A stretch of 64,000 nt of DNA from a virus (lineage: Duplodnaviria; Caudoviricetes), in the IMG/VR virus record IMGVR_UViG_3300021399_000118, positions 32,001 through 96,000 of that record, one strand, 5' to 3'. The notes under the pieces were generated by a model that was given only the letters and a program-made list of their open reading frames with translations, was not told the origin of the DNA and did not search any database. Within the stretch, counting starts at the first letter, position 1. Every line of letters starts with the position of its first letter. This document shows, one piece after another, positions 12,201 to 20,809 of the stretch. The position numbers and the translations under genes are program-made.

Positions 12201-15200
12201 CTTCTTATCAGAATCTTTACGAAAAAGCAGATTCTGAAGACGTACAAGAATACATTAAAAATCAAGCCGCGCGGGAAGGATTCATTTTAGAAGACGATGA
12301 AACCGAAGGAGCGAACGGCAAAAAAGTCTTCGTTGATCGCGGAGCTTCCAATGACTACAACTATCATGAAAATGCATTTCTCGGATCTTCCAGAAGCTAT
12401 ACAGACCTGGAACTTGCAAACGCAAGAAACGATATAATTCATGGTAAATTATCGACCAAGGCTGGAGACTATGAACTATATCGTGCGGCTTCTGCTTCTG
12501 GCGGCCGATATTTCCAGGAATACAACCGGATGCTTGCAGAGAATTCTATCAGTCCGAGGACGTATTCCAGGAAGGAAATGCGAGAAGCTAAGCGCCGGAT
12601 GGTGCAGGAAGAGGAGCTTGCCCGGAGGGACGCGGAAGAATCCCAAGCTCTTGAAGACGCAAAGCTCGCGTCTGGGACGCTTTTCGGAGCTCAGAATTAT
12701 GCAAGAGTTCGCTATGAACAAAACAACAAAACCGGATTGGCTGCGGATGCTGTATACCAAGCGCTCAACAGTGTCGATACGACAGAAGCCACCTGGATTG
12801 AATCTTTAAAAAATGTTTTATCCAATGAAAATAACAAGCAAAATATAATCGATTTAATAAACTCTTCTGACGCGGCTGCAAAAGCGATAGAAGATGCCGG
12901 GATCGCGTTTAATGAAGATGGCTCAATCAACCTTGACAGACTAACTTCTTCTGCGAACGGTGGCGCTTCTACTTTAGCTGCGCTCATGCAGAATGTTGCA
13001 GGCTTAAGCACTGGATACAGCGATCTGCAAGAAGTATTAACAGCTCAAGAAACAGGGAAACGTGCTCAGCAAGCTTTTAATAATCTTCAAAAAGGATACT
13101 TCATTTCTCAAGGAATGGCAGAGCAAGTCTATGATCAGGAAAGAAGGTCCGCAGAAGAAGAAATAAGAAACGAGCTTGCTCGTTCTGATCAATATAAAGA
13201 CAGCAGCGAAGAAGAAATCAATCGGCTTGTTGACGATCAACTTAAAAACAAAGGTCTTGCAAGTCTCAATGATTATCTGGAAAAAGAGCAAAAGGGAATT
13301 CTGGAAGATCAGGATTATGATTACCTGAAGACCGTGCTTGGAGAAGGATTGTCTCAAAAAGCATTGTCTAAAAGTCTCAACGAAGAAGAAACATCTTTAG
13401 CCAACACGCTTCTTGAAAATGCGGCTTACGGCTACAATGGATTGTCTGCCTCGCAAAGACTCGAAGGCATTAAAGAAATCGGGGGCAGGATCGCAAATAA
13501 TACCCTTACCGGCTACAGCTCTTATGCGGCAGATCAATATATGTCCGGCTGGTCTGGATGGCCGAGATTTTCTCAACTTCAGCAACAGCTTGAAGAGAAT
13601 GGAAAACTTGAAGGTGCGGATTTACAAGAGTATCAAGCCTTAAGTGCAGAATTTGAAAATCTTCAGAAAAACGCCGAGATTGAGATTAAGATTCAAGGTC
13701 TTGCAGAGCTCGAGGAAGCCGGGAAAATAATTCAAGGTACAGCTGACACGGTCAAGCAGCTTCAAAAAGGCGGAAGTTTTGAAATTCAAGCAAGGGTTAA
13801 GCTTGTTTCAGACCTTTATTCTGAAGCTCAGCTCGACGCCATGTTAAACAGTGGAAACGCCAATCTTGTTAATCAAGCTGCTCAACAAATAACAGGCGTA
13901 TCCGGAACACAATACAATGAAAACAGAGATTATTGGATCCAGCAAGCTCAGGCTATGCGGTCTACGAGAAGGACTCAAACAGCTGAAAGCTTGATGAAAG
14001 ATTACAATGCTGCTCAGGATAAAGAAGCTTTCCTTGCTTCGCTTGAAGGAGCCGGATGGAGTCTGCAAGGGTCTGTTTTCGATAAAGTTGCAACAGCAAA
14101 TTATCAAGAATCTGGTATTGTTCCGGAAGGATTTACAAGAAGAGGAAACAGATTATATCGTGATCCTGCGTTTGTTTACAATCAGGAAGATTACAAGTTT
14201 GACAATCCCTATGTTAACGCTGAAAAGAACTATACAGACGCTGAGCTCTTGCGGATGCGGAGACAAATTCAGAACGGCACGTTAACTGAAGGTATGACCG
14301 GATACGAAACAGCTTTCCGCAGCGGTGGGACAGAATGGGCTGAGTACCAGAGACTGCTTGCAAATCTTCCAAAGGAAGAGGAACGTACAGAAAAACAAAG
14401 AAAATCTCTCGAGGCTCAAAGGCAGAGAATGCTGCGCGAAGAGAGTCTTTCTGAAAGAGACATCCTGGAAACGGAAGAACTTGAAAACGCCCGGCTCCAA
14501 TCTGGTTCTCTTGGTGGAATGTTCAGTTATGCTCAGCTTCAGTATCAACAGAACAATAGAGCAGGCATGGCGGCCAATGCGCTTTATGAAACCCTGTCCG
14601 GAGCTAAAGTTGAGAGCGTAGATGATTTACTTGGAATCCTTGGAGACGAAAAGAATGCTCAAAACTGGAAGGATCTTATTGAGTCTTCTCCAGAGTTAAC
14701 AAAGAAGTTTAACGATCTCGGGATCACAATGGATAAAAATGGTCAATGGGACGTTTCCGGGCTTCAGGGAAGCGCAGACGCTGCGGCTGGAGCATTGTCT
14801 GCTTTAGCTCAAATTGTGGCCTCTACTTCCGCGGAATACAACAAAAGACAAGAAGTATATTCTACCGGTGAAAAATATTCTATGGCCTCAAGATATCTTT
14901 CTGGAGATATCACAGATGAAGAAGCGCAATATGCCGCACTTGAAGAAGTCATTGGAAATAGCGCTGCCGCTCAGCAGATTCGAAATTATAACGAAGATTA
15001 TACTGCAAGGTCAAACAGATGGCTTGCCGGGTATAACGAGGCTCTGGAATCCAGAGACCCAAATGCTGCTGAAAGATATTTAAGAGAAAATCCAAATCCC
15101 GCCAATGAAGAATATGATCCTTTAAGCGTGTTTAGCCCTGAAGAGCGAAGCGATGTAGAGATGATGATGACCAACGCCAAATATGGCGGGTCGTCTTTGA

Positions 15201-18200
15201 CTGAAGTACAACAATATAATAAACTTCAGGATATTTATGCAGCCGCTCAGAACGGTGGACTCGCGCAATATATGAACGAAGATACACTTGGATTATATAA
15301 TCAAGTCGGATCTTCTATTGAAGGATTTGGAGAGTGGGCTGCCGCAGTTCAAAGCATTCAAGAAGCTGGATTAAGTTTATCTGATTTTTCTGAAAGTTCA
15401 GAAGATTTTAAAACAGCCATTGAAAAATCTGGATCTTCAATGGGGCGCTTTGCTGAAATTAATAAGTCGATGAACGCGGAAATCAGAGCAAGAGGAATTG
15501 AGACCATGCGCAAATATGGGCAATCCTCTTCTGATGTTGCAAATTATCTCCGTGCGATGGCTAAAGGAGGCAAAGAAGCTTCTAATGCGCAGGCTCAGCT
15601 CAGACAAAAATTGTCTCAGTGGAACAACGCTGCGAATGCAATAAAAAAGGCCGAAGGGAAAAGCGGAAAACAGTTAGCAGATAAAGACGTCGCTGATCTT
15701 TCTGCTATCACAGGAGAGGATTCCAATCTGATCAAAGAGATGACAAAAGAACAGATTGAGAATCTAAGACAAAATGCTCAAGGAATTATCGACGAAGGTT
15801 TTGTGAATGAACTTGGTGGAATAATTACTGAGCAGTTAAACCAGCATTTTGCAAATAATCCTGTCGCATTTGATATGGCCGTCAAAGCAGACGTTAATGG
15901 AGACGGAGCGCTTGATTTAAGCGAAATTGCAACTATTGCTCAAGAACTGAGAGATCAAGGCCTGGCAGAGCTTGCTGCTTATGCGGGGTTAATCGGAACA
16001 CTGCTTGTCAACGTTACAAAGAGTGGAAATTCCGCAACGGCAATCGCAGAAGTTGTCGAAGGTTCTGTTAACGGATCCGGCAAGCGAACTGGCGGTGGCG
16101 GCGGAGGAGGCGGTGGCGGTAAGTCCGCAGTCGATCAACTCCTTGAACGCCAAAAACACGAGATAGCTCAACAGCAACATGAAATCAAGATGTCTCAGAT
16201 TCAGGAAGCTCATTATGAGCGACTGAACGATTATGATAACTATCTCAGCTCCCTTGACGAAGAAATTGAAAAGCAAACAGAACTATACAATATATACCAA
16301 CGGCATCTCAAAGAACTAATCGAGATGCAAAATGGTCTGGAAAAATATTCCGATGACTGGTGGAAATTACAGGAGCAAATCAACAGTTCCACAGAAGCCG
16401 CAGAGGAATATCTTGATACTGTTGCAGAAATTAACGCTAAAAAGATTACTGCCACTCAAACCAAGCAGGAAAACGAAGATAAACCCGGCTCTCACAGGAC
16501 AACCATGTTTGAAAAACGTGCCCAGTACTATATGGATAGAGGGCAGTTTGAAAACTATGCGGTGCTCGTCGAGAAGGAAGTTGCCCAGATGCGGGCGGAC
16601 ATTGCCTTAAACGATAAGCAGATCACAGAATGGGAAGGAATGCTTACTCAGTATGAGGAGAATTCCAAGGAATGGATCGAAGTCAGAGATAAGATCTGGG
16701 CAACAAAAGAAGAGAACGCTGACCTGGAGAACCAGGCGTTCGAAAGAATTTCTGAACTTCAACAGCAAAGAATCTCTCAGATCCAAACTGATTATCAGAA
16801 TGGCGTTGCACCGATCGAACATGAGCAGAATATGCTCGGCATCTGGGGAAGCATTTATCAAAACGCCGGCCGGTCTGTATATTACGACGAAGAAGGCAAC
16901 CAGCACACCATGCAGGAAGCCTACAGGAATACCCTGGATCAGGACACCGCTTACAACGAACAGACTCTTACCAGGATCCGGTCAACGATCAAACTTCTTC
17001 AGGAACAAATGGCAACTCTCGATGAAGGGACTGAGGCCTGGTATGCAGCCCGGGACGCGATCTATCAATACGAAGAGCAGGAAGCTCAGCTTGTCGCAAA
17101 GAATCAGGAAAACGACATTGCGAAAGAAGAATCCTACGTTACCGAGCTGACGGATAAACGAGAAGCCCGCACCAAGGAGCTTGAGCATGAGCTCAACATG
17201 ATCGAAACCATCCAGGAAAGATTTGAAAACAGCAACGATTACGAGAACTCTGAGAATATGATGGAGGAGCGGCGGGCCAAGCTCGAAGAAATGAGAGAAC
17301 AGGCTGCCAGGAATCTGGAAGAAGCTCAGGCCCTGTTAAACAGCGGAAAGCTCGATCCAGGCGGAGACAGATATAAAACGGTCCGAGACGACGTTATGCA
17401 GCTGACCGAGGAATACGAGAAGCTGACAAACGAAGTTGAGAACGCCGACCGGAAGATTCAGGAAACCAAACTGGAGCATATCCTGGAGAAGTTCGAAAAT
17501 CAGGACGGGCTGATCCAGCATCAGTTAAAGCTTGTTCAGTATGAACAGACCCGCTACCAGAACAGCGGAGAGTTAACCAACTACGGAACGATGCTGGAAA
17601 TCGAGAACGACCTGCAGAGAGACCGGGCTGAACTGCTGAAAGAACAGATCGGGTTACTGGAGGAACAGCTCGAAGCGGCTGAACCTGGCTCCGACACATA
17701 CCAGAAGATCACCAAAGAAATTTATAAGATGGAAGAGTCCCTGGCCTCTGTCAATAACACGATCGAGAAGAACAACGAAGCGATCCGAAAGAACCAGGAG
17801 AATATTGTCAAGACTCGGAAAGCTTTAATTGACATGATCGATCGCGAGATCAAAACAAGGGTTAAGGAACAGAGAGACCGGCTGAACGCTGAAGTCTCCA
17901 TTCAGAATCAGATCCTCAACATCATCCGCAACAGATATAAACAGGAATGGGCTATCGTCAAAGCTGATATCGACAAGAAAAAGCAGGCCCTTCAGGAGGA
18001 GAAGGCGTTAATCAACGAAAGGCTGAACGCCAGGATCAACGCGGAGAAGGAAGAGGAAAGATACACCAAGCTTTCTGAGCTTCAGAGACAGCTTACCTTA
18101 ATTTCGGCCGATCCTACCAGAACAAAGGACGCGATTGAACTTCAGCGGCAGATCGACGATCTCTTAAAAGAGATTGCCAACGAAACTGCTCAACAAGAGG

Positions 18201-19573
18201 CCAACGCGGCCGGAGAACAGCTGGACGATCAGATCAAAGCCTACGACGCGTATGCTCAATACACCGAGGAAGCTTTGAACGAAATGCTGAAGGACGCCAA
18301 CAGCACAGAACTTTTCGAAGAATTGAACGCTGTTATGGGTGACGAAAGTATGTCCAGGGAAGAGCGGCTTGAAAATTACATGAACTGGATCAAAGAAAAT
18401 GACGATAACTATAAGTTCGGCACCGAAGCCATGCGGCTACAGCTCGAACAGAACAACACGGACTCCTGGAACAAGATGCTTGGATTCGTGGATACTTACT
18501 GGGATCAGGTAGAGGATATCATCAGCGGCGGGGCTCAAAGCATTATTGATTACATGAAGGAAAGCTCCTCTTACATCTGGAATTCCGATGCTGGGCAGAG
18601 GCTGCTTGAACTGCAGTGGAACGATACCTATGATAAATACGTTAAATCTACGATTGACGACGCTGTATTCAACGATATTCACGAGCTTGCGGAATATGCT
18701 TCTCAGCTTCAGGACTATACCTATAAAGTAGAGCTGACGCCGGAATCCATTTACAGGCTTGGGATTTACGACAGCGAGTTAAAGTATCAATACGAGAGAG
18801 ATAAGAGTGTAAGTGATGAAGCTAAGAATTACGATCCGAACGATATGTACAAAGATGTCGGGAAGAAAGTTGTTCCTGTCGCAAATACGGGATATACAGC
18901 TGAGTATTCCAGCAATGTAAACTCAGGAGGAAACGGTGGTTCGAACGGAAAAGGAAAGACAAAATATAACTTTACTTTAACGGACGACGCTTCAGGTCAA
19001 GTGCATCATCTTACGTTAGAGGCATCTTCTCAGTTAGAAGCTCTGGAGAAGATGCAGAGTTATGTTTATGAAATGGCTCAAAAACGCAAAGACGCATCAA
19101 ATCCAGGAACATCGTATACAGGACAACTCACAGACAAAAAATGGAATGGAATCAAAGATACAGAATATACGGCGTTTACCGATTATGAAGCTGCTCTTGC
19201 TTTTGAAAAGAATCTTGAGCGGCTTAAAAGAAGTGGTATGAGCGCCTATGCTTCCGGCGGTCTTGTTGATTACACCGGCCCGGCATGGGTTGACGGAACT
19301 CCTACCAGACCCGAAGCTTTCCTTGACGCAACCGACACAGAAAATATTCGTGCCATGCTGGATGCGCTTAACTATGTGCCAACGATGCCTATGCTCTCCC
19401 CTTCCGAGAAGTTCTTCGGGAACAGCTCTACCGTGGGAGACATCAACATCGTGATCAACCAGGCCGAGCTGAAGAGCGACGCGGATTATAACGAAGTCGC
19501 AAGGAGGGTCGGACAGGCCTTTACCAAGCAGCTTTCCAAGGATGGCTTCCAATTATCAGGATATAACTGGTAA
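3221..19573 (+). CDS. Giant tape measure protein (5450 aa) with an N-terminal YonO/QDE-1-like RNA polymerase domain
   Basis: TP901-type TMP core at ~aa 1815-2110 (EYDKSMTTIQMIT...AESLYRQG); hydrophobic segments ~aa 2145-2195; long coiled coils; TMP-type C-terminus YASGGLVDYTGPAWVDGT..PE; directly followed by Dit and Tal; RNAP motifs including DEDGD at aa 898-902. Confidence 0.92.
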   Translation: MADEIEVRIKTILDETSVKDTKKVLEEEYEDLAVSPNTDLEKRLMSVGETLRENDFDAIIPEFGRQFETQVSIISQNVARLMGLYDKIGQAQTKYDRKIAADNFVAAQKRAAVQVADLETAINSAQAFTSSMPAHLVNPFAQMYRKESPSMRANFVRMSSSNGSGFMYANGDQMARDFAKAFSSRQAQVGTNEELTRFIQEYGYDLAAALMPIMSTGFNREDLVGFSFNKRKENPGSIRQLLPKAFQGLRLTQTPEYRAFNHTSEKLSETELQDLESFILSSQDLMEEFELAGLAQRKNGRIRINTNATRENIDALGGRLASLYEAGARGISTDPNAEIIDVNDPKYIQRIASKNNRSMVSANRGMRIAEEMFPWIVPSYVETPKTAAYDKDIGKITASPRYKAGSFTLLPFENEGEVENLPVVNSLIQQRLAKLQGADKFVHNGKNTNEIYMKMPVEALQDFETTPEMRQELVQRIAAQIGSVQHANGYDYVFTGFTGTNAAFTRKDLYDQAIALDPNFFTNGENRRKFSGQGAGAAFGHAVDYMQKQRTDGEDIRDLYGTDLSGARVIVADLKKITGLDGQNWISNDLVPATFQGRDVSGKSTYSVFSMEGLRRKYASLIDPETGDLVFDKGGIDGGELRIPKGGSVILEDWSNIKANNQYAGLSQDEVNQKRTEIVRRDGIFAKTTADDAATSARYISSQAAASLSLDDKAREYFRNVYLERLAMLRNEDQVKELLFSGQDGLSKAVMSGEVSMDDPDVQARILSYRRALTHNVGEGNLLLPAHIGKYAMLQAWLPDVFNQLVDEKKLTEDMKAMGLEDEAIENFDYKHKIAYFASKADELMSFRNPDTLSGNQAVINRGAEDFFQTLADDLGLDKQALYADPRSAILRKWQTADEDGDTVFMSALRGNGVFGEIMARVLAKTAEDYKNLIEMSGRTQEEQEAYAQSRVRSTEIDGKEWNLNDPLDMATWFSLRQQPGAKMGAAHAVTVGAKQFPLKGTFARAQLEAESHYDKVSNGIYKNFEDWDQTPDEWEVLKGGAPFFRLNEWRNKATHLAELHGAGQDETKEKHFDQESFNKKKVDSVNFASIHDPHALVADFSQFIAGQEDPESLLSSVQGGNWDEIFSNLPEVSKNKEVAALQTRLRALRQDKLNGKFLAFDDSVVRELGALSANALHAITDEVNKDPQFDSDAKRTAEIVRRWRAAGGEVPAHLKEWGLTRSNIEKNPELKAEVQKAINAYGEDRVYARSDADVGYVYYTPEEIQADRVRRAHDAVEKKKAALEQAKLEKAKADQAIISEKKAEAVNTETVRVEDETQAEAKELTAKTPETKPQAVLNENANPPLVNPPSTPITNPPSPASSKPDSGDHWLLDNLRARIATAREMAKKYPDDDKWIKQLAEDERMLKEAEESGDRVKWAEDHIQNATDRYRQEKKADEESELQARTKRNGDIGPVKTENEEHSKAKRNQTKASKPQTAEPEENDENIRRLEAELAQAQAEEEREIKAQKNIEAYMADQAEYNRIYASAQDLSNQFRINKSAKRNKIEGRSLAEGYFNRSYYGEFRPLDREIADYIKNHPEMDPSQTVALNQLIAQARGDMFEDFANKGTLFAKEYADDVETELKGITNPASKQKKVLDNYTKTAEEAQKFIEQIDKVLSDPKIKKDDSSRKALEKAKENISASIQQGSAFQRELAEQYKKENNENALLRTEDLKAKYNKNYKKSGNYQAILRNREIDALQKDLDQQQREGLIGEDSYSKASEDLSKMRADAVGWKIDMTEGLQSVGKLASETASKMVRQFGRQMWQSAINETKKFVQEYDKSMTTIQMITLKSDDEIKSLGTGLIGKAKTMKMTVGDVTSTAESLYRQGLTDSEVNSRLDTILKFSAVSGTKAEDATKLITTAMNTGLVSGAQEAADIVTALGDSAATNAAQIEKGIEKAGAAAAVDGTSFAELAAMLTAITATTQLTGNVAGTTMNSIFGRMNKIGTNELIEDENGNKISASAIATLLREQGIQTHINGEKRSSFDILKELSTKWQSLSDAEQQRLSTAIAGTRQYSNFSAIMLGMAEGNIDQYLDTAGESEGIVDKKYEVYTRSLEAALNDLKTTWDSLVAGIQENDIATGLVDGLTSLLSGFSNIQSQAGSVVSALILIAGAISAIGVASAAAKLPGFIPKLLGIAAGAAVVGGASLLANQFKDIGTQKNKNDSPEALIEKNETFKANAADQSKYYQNLIDETNILAKKIKEGTATGRESSDFASNVNLLGASFESVGASINSATSALEGWESASSLAQNAADEIAEANKKIIRSNEEVIRQNIREKAQKDFKEASVNNGFSKTGLDLLQTLETYRQGNVDRFEVDARLRQMGLGLGEGVSDANALAFYDVYSFTQGNSDNPFKGRELTTKALLSLAGTIFTNRGASAISKALGEGGATELGTLFEDSDSFVAAFQNGFKDTELSFATYQNLISLIGSIISGNAPDGIKSLIELSQENPEERKIIERAIDDQLANTDQYASLGSEAKEIIRKKAKSYASGLSLDDAYNFAIGDRKDLEAFILSESKEAANNPNYVEEAKKTGTYVPVSISESVAAAYSALTGKNRKYDTEYQALLSDVVAASASENPIEALKSLESSRHSAIVGSEDAELLKIWNDVNENNGQGVYSVGDLRTYLENKVFSSTPAARKQGNLNTAYNLSQANDLLQRLASNDRSHEALTQLASMTGLDIEQVLANQENAISLAQDLQNQNVESYLSKIRSDVDKEFGEELKDPNKRNKDLQDRINKSLQGTGVSLKSFDENGNPVYEHDFTSVNRRAGVMDYSTQYTNAELMGYAKQLAENGGTWNEMFATGGTYHDWSNEQINAVASYSPALARYLKMSADQRASAEGQALKQQYEIQFKTEGLGTLEQAGNILQGTASLVERLNQNGTIKLKAEYEIASNATERLQRTAMLNNGSLAEQTQAVSEITGRSASEIQTNFTAYKQEAQEYIAAERAATKSSYQNLYEKADSEDVQEYIKNQAAREGFILEDDETEGANGKKVFVDRGASNDYNYHENAFLGSSRSYTDLELANARNDIIHGKLSTKAGDYELYRAASASGGRYFQEYNRMLAENSISPRTYSRKEMREAKRRMVQEEELARRDAEESQALEDAKLASGTLFGAQNYARVRYEQNNKTGLAADAVYQALNSVDTTEATWIESLKNVLSNENNKQNIIDLINSSDAAAKAIEDAGIAFNEDGSINLDRLTSSANGGASTLAALMQNVAGLSTGYSDLQEVLTAQETGKRAQQAFNNLQKGYFISQGMAEQVYDQERRSAEEEIRNELARSDQYKDSSEEEINRLVDDQLKNKGLASLNDYLEKEQKGILEDQDYDYLKTVLGEGLSQKALSKSLNEEETSLANTLLENAAYGYNGLSASQRLEGIKEIGGRIANNTLTGYSSYAADQYMSGWSGWPRFSQLQQQLEENGKLEGADLQEYQALSAEFENLQKNAEIEIKIQGLAELEEAGKIIQGTADTVKQLQKGGSFEIQARVKLVSDLYSEAQLDAMLNSGNANLVNQAAQQITGVSGTQYNENRDYWIQQAQAMRSTRRTQTAESLMKDYNAAQDKEAFLASLEGAGWSLQGSVFDKVATANYQESGIVPEGFTRRGNRLYRDPAFVYNQEDYKFDNPYVNAEKNYTDAELLRMRRQIQNGTLTEGMTGYETAFRSGGTEWAEYQRLLANLPKEEERTEKQRKSLEAQRQRMLREESLSERDILETEELENARLQSGSLGGMFSYAQLQYQQNNRAGMAANALYETLSGAKVESVDDLLGILGDEKNAQNWKDLIESSPELTKKFNDLGITMDKNGQWDVSGLQGSADAAAGALSALAQIVASTSAEYNKRQEVYSTGEKYSMASRYLSGDITDEEAQYAALEEVIGNSAAAQQIRNYNEDYTARSNRWLAGYNEALESRDPNAAERYLRENPNPANEEYDPLSVFSPEERSDVEMMMTNAKYGGSSLTEVQQYNKLQDIYAAAQNGGLAQYMNEDTLGLYNQVGSSIEGFGEWAAAVQSIQEAGLSLSDFSESSEDFKTAIEKSGSSMGRFAEINKSMNAEIRARGIETMRKYGQSSSDVANYLRAMAKGGKEASNAQAQLRQKLSQWNNAANAIKKAEGKSGKQLADKDVADLSAITGEDSNLIKEMTKEQIENLRQNAQGIIDEGFVNELGGIITEQLNQHFANNPVAFDMAVKADVNGDGALDLSEIATIAQELRDQGLAELAAYAGLIGTLLVNVTKSGNSATAIAEVVEGSVNGSGKRTGGGGGGGGGGKSAVDQLLERQKHEIAQQQHEIKMSQIQEAHYERLNDYDNYLSSLDEEIEKQTELYNIYQRHLKELIEMQNGLEKYSDDWWKLQEQINSSTEAAEEYLDTVAEINAKKITATQTKQENEDKPGSHRTTMFEKRAQYYMDRGQFENYAVLVEKEVAQMRADIALNDKQITEWEGMLTQYEENSKEWIEVRDKIWATKEENADLENQAFERISELQQQRISQIQTDYQNGVAPIEHEQNMLGIWGSIYQNAGRSVYYDEEGNQHTMQEAYRNTLDQDTAYNEQTLTRIRSTIKLLQEQMATLDEGTEAWYAARDAIYQYEEQEAQLVAKNQENDIAKEESYVTELTDKREARTKELEHELNMIETIQERFENSNDYENSENMMEERRAKLEEMREQAARNLEEAQALLNSGKLDPGGDRYKTVRDDVMQLTEEYEKLTNEVENADRKIQETKLEHILEKFENQDGLIQHQLKLVQYEQTRYQNSGELTNYGTMLEIENDLQRDRAELLKEQIGLLEEQLEAAEPGSDTYQKITKEIYKMEESLASVNNTIEKNNEAIRKNQENIVKTRKALIDMIDREIKTRVKEQRDRLNAEVSIQNQILNIIRNRYKQEWAIVKADIDKKKQALQEEKALINERLNARINAEKEEERYTKLSELQRQLTLISADPTRTKDAIELQRQIDDLLKEIANETAQQEANAAGEQLDDQIKAYDAYAQYTEEALNEMLKDANSTELFEELNAVMGDESMSREERLENYMNWIKENDDNYKFGTEAMRLQLEQNNTDSWNKMLGFVDTYWDQVEDIISGGAQSIIDYMKESSSYIWNSDAGQRLLELQWNDTYDKYVKSTIDDAVFNDIHELAEYASQLQDYTYKVELTPESIYRLGIYDSELKYQYERDKSVSDEAKNYDPNDMYKDVGKKVVPVANTGYTAEYSSNVNSGGNGGSNGKGKTKYNFTLTDDASGQVHHLTLEASSQLEALEKMQSYVYEMAQKRKDASNPGTSYTGQLTDKKWNGIKDTEYTAFTDYEAALAFEKNLERLKRSGMSAYASGGLVDYTGPAWVDGTPTRPEAFLDATDTENIRAMLDALNYVPTMPMLSPSEKFFGNSSTVGDINIVINQAELKSDADYNEVARRVGQAFTKQLSKDGFQLSGYNW
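4500..6900 (+). other. Putative double-psi beta-barrel RNA polymerase domain within the TMP (approximate limits)
   Basis: Ordered motifs D581-G (LDGQNWIS), F595QGRDVSGK603, S-N-I-K658, I700SSQ, R848NP, D898EDGD902. Confidence 0.75.
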
Positions 19574-19637
19574 GCTTTTCGGATTGTTATGGTTTCTTTT
19601 CGTATTGTTTAAAATGTAGTTATTCTCAAAACGACGT

Positions 19638-19675
19638 AAAGGGAGAGGGAACCTTTTCGGTTCCCTCTCCTCTTT
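19638..19675 (+). terminator. Hairpin/terminator between TMP and Dit
   Basis: GGAGAGGGAACC-TTTTC-GGTTCCCTCTCC followed by TCTTT. Confidence 0.55.
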
Positions 19676-19702
19676 ATTCAGAACAAGAAGGGTGGTGAAA
19701 CA

Positions 19703-20803
19703 ATGGCTGGCGGATTTACATATCGCGGAATCGACATCGCAACTATCGGGCTGGAATACGCTCCCGAGCTGGAAGACACCTACGTTTACAAAACAGCAAA
19801 ACCCAGAATCCACGAGGAAACCTTTGATGGGCACGACGGCGGGTACTACTACGGCACCTCCAGAGAGCCCAAAGAATTTGTTTTAAGATGCTTTTTTGAA
19901 CAAAGAGACATCGACCGGGGCATTATGGCTCGAATCTATTCTCTCTTCCGGGAAGGCAGCACTGGGCGGCTCATCTTCGACCGAAGACCGTGGTGCTATT
20001 ACTACGCGACCGTGACTGAACTGGACACAACCGGCCTGACCAACTACAACAGTGGCACCATCCGGATTGTTATGAAGGCCTACTATCCTTACGCCCGGGC
20101 TGACCAGATGACGGTCAAACCCCAGGACAAGGACTACTACAGGATACTTGAAAACACCGCATTCTTCGAAAACGAAGAAATGGTTCCTCCTGTCATGTTT
20201 TGCCAGGACGGGCCGATTACGGAAACGACCGAAATCCTTTTGTCCAACCCCGGCTCAGAATACGCACCAGTTGGAATTGAGATCGCCGGAAACGTGGGCA
20301 GAGGAGTGGTCATCACCAATGAAACCACAAACCAGGTCTGCAAGTTTGTCGCTATGTCCGAAGAGGAATTTGATGGAGAGATGAACTTTGTATATCTCGA
20401 CGGGCTGAACGGCAAAACCATGGCGGTCAAGGATGACTTCAAGACAACAGCCTTCCTCTATCACGACGAAGGCTTTATTACTTTGGCTCCCGGATTCCCG
20501 GCCAACCGGAAAATCTTCGTCACAACCTACGACGGAGTTCCCAAAGTAACGGGAAAGATCTACGACCGGTTCAGCACAGACAGAAAGACCGCAGAAGACG
20601 TATACGTCGGACAGCACATCTGGCTTGGCGGCTGGCATGAAATTACAGGCGTTCCGGACGAACAAACCTTTGAACTGAAGACACATCCGGAATATTTCAA
20701 CGGGAAAACCATGATTACCCGGCTCAACAAGATCAAAATCGAGCCGGTATCGGAAATGAAACTTGCACGGCTTAAATTTGTATATAAGCCAACATTCGCA
20801 TAA
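19703..20803 (+). CDS. Distal tail protein (Dit)
   Basis: Follows the TMP; N-terminal GFTYRGI..., DGGYYYG and GRLIFDRRP motifs typical of siphophage Dit. Confidence 0.8.
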   Translation: MAGGFTYRGIDIATIGLEYAPELEDTYVYKTAKPRIHEETFDGHDGGYYYGTSREPKEFVLRCFFEQRDIDRGIMARIYSLFREGSTGRLIFDRRPWCYYYATVTELDTTGLTNYNSGTIRIVMKAYYPYARADQMTVKPQDKDYYRILENTAFFENEEMVPPVMFCQDGPITETTEILLSNPGSEYAPVGIEIAGNVGRGVVITNETTNQVCKFVAMSEEEFDGEMNFVYLDGLNGKTMAVKDDFKTTAFLYHDEGFITLAPGFPANRKIFVTTYDGVPKVTGKIYDRFSTDRKTAEDVYVGQHIWLGGWHEITGVPDEQTFELKTHPEYFNGKTMITRLNKIKIEPVSEMKLARLKFVYKPTFA

Positions 20804-20809
20804 AAGGAG

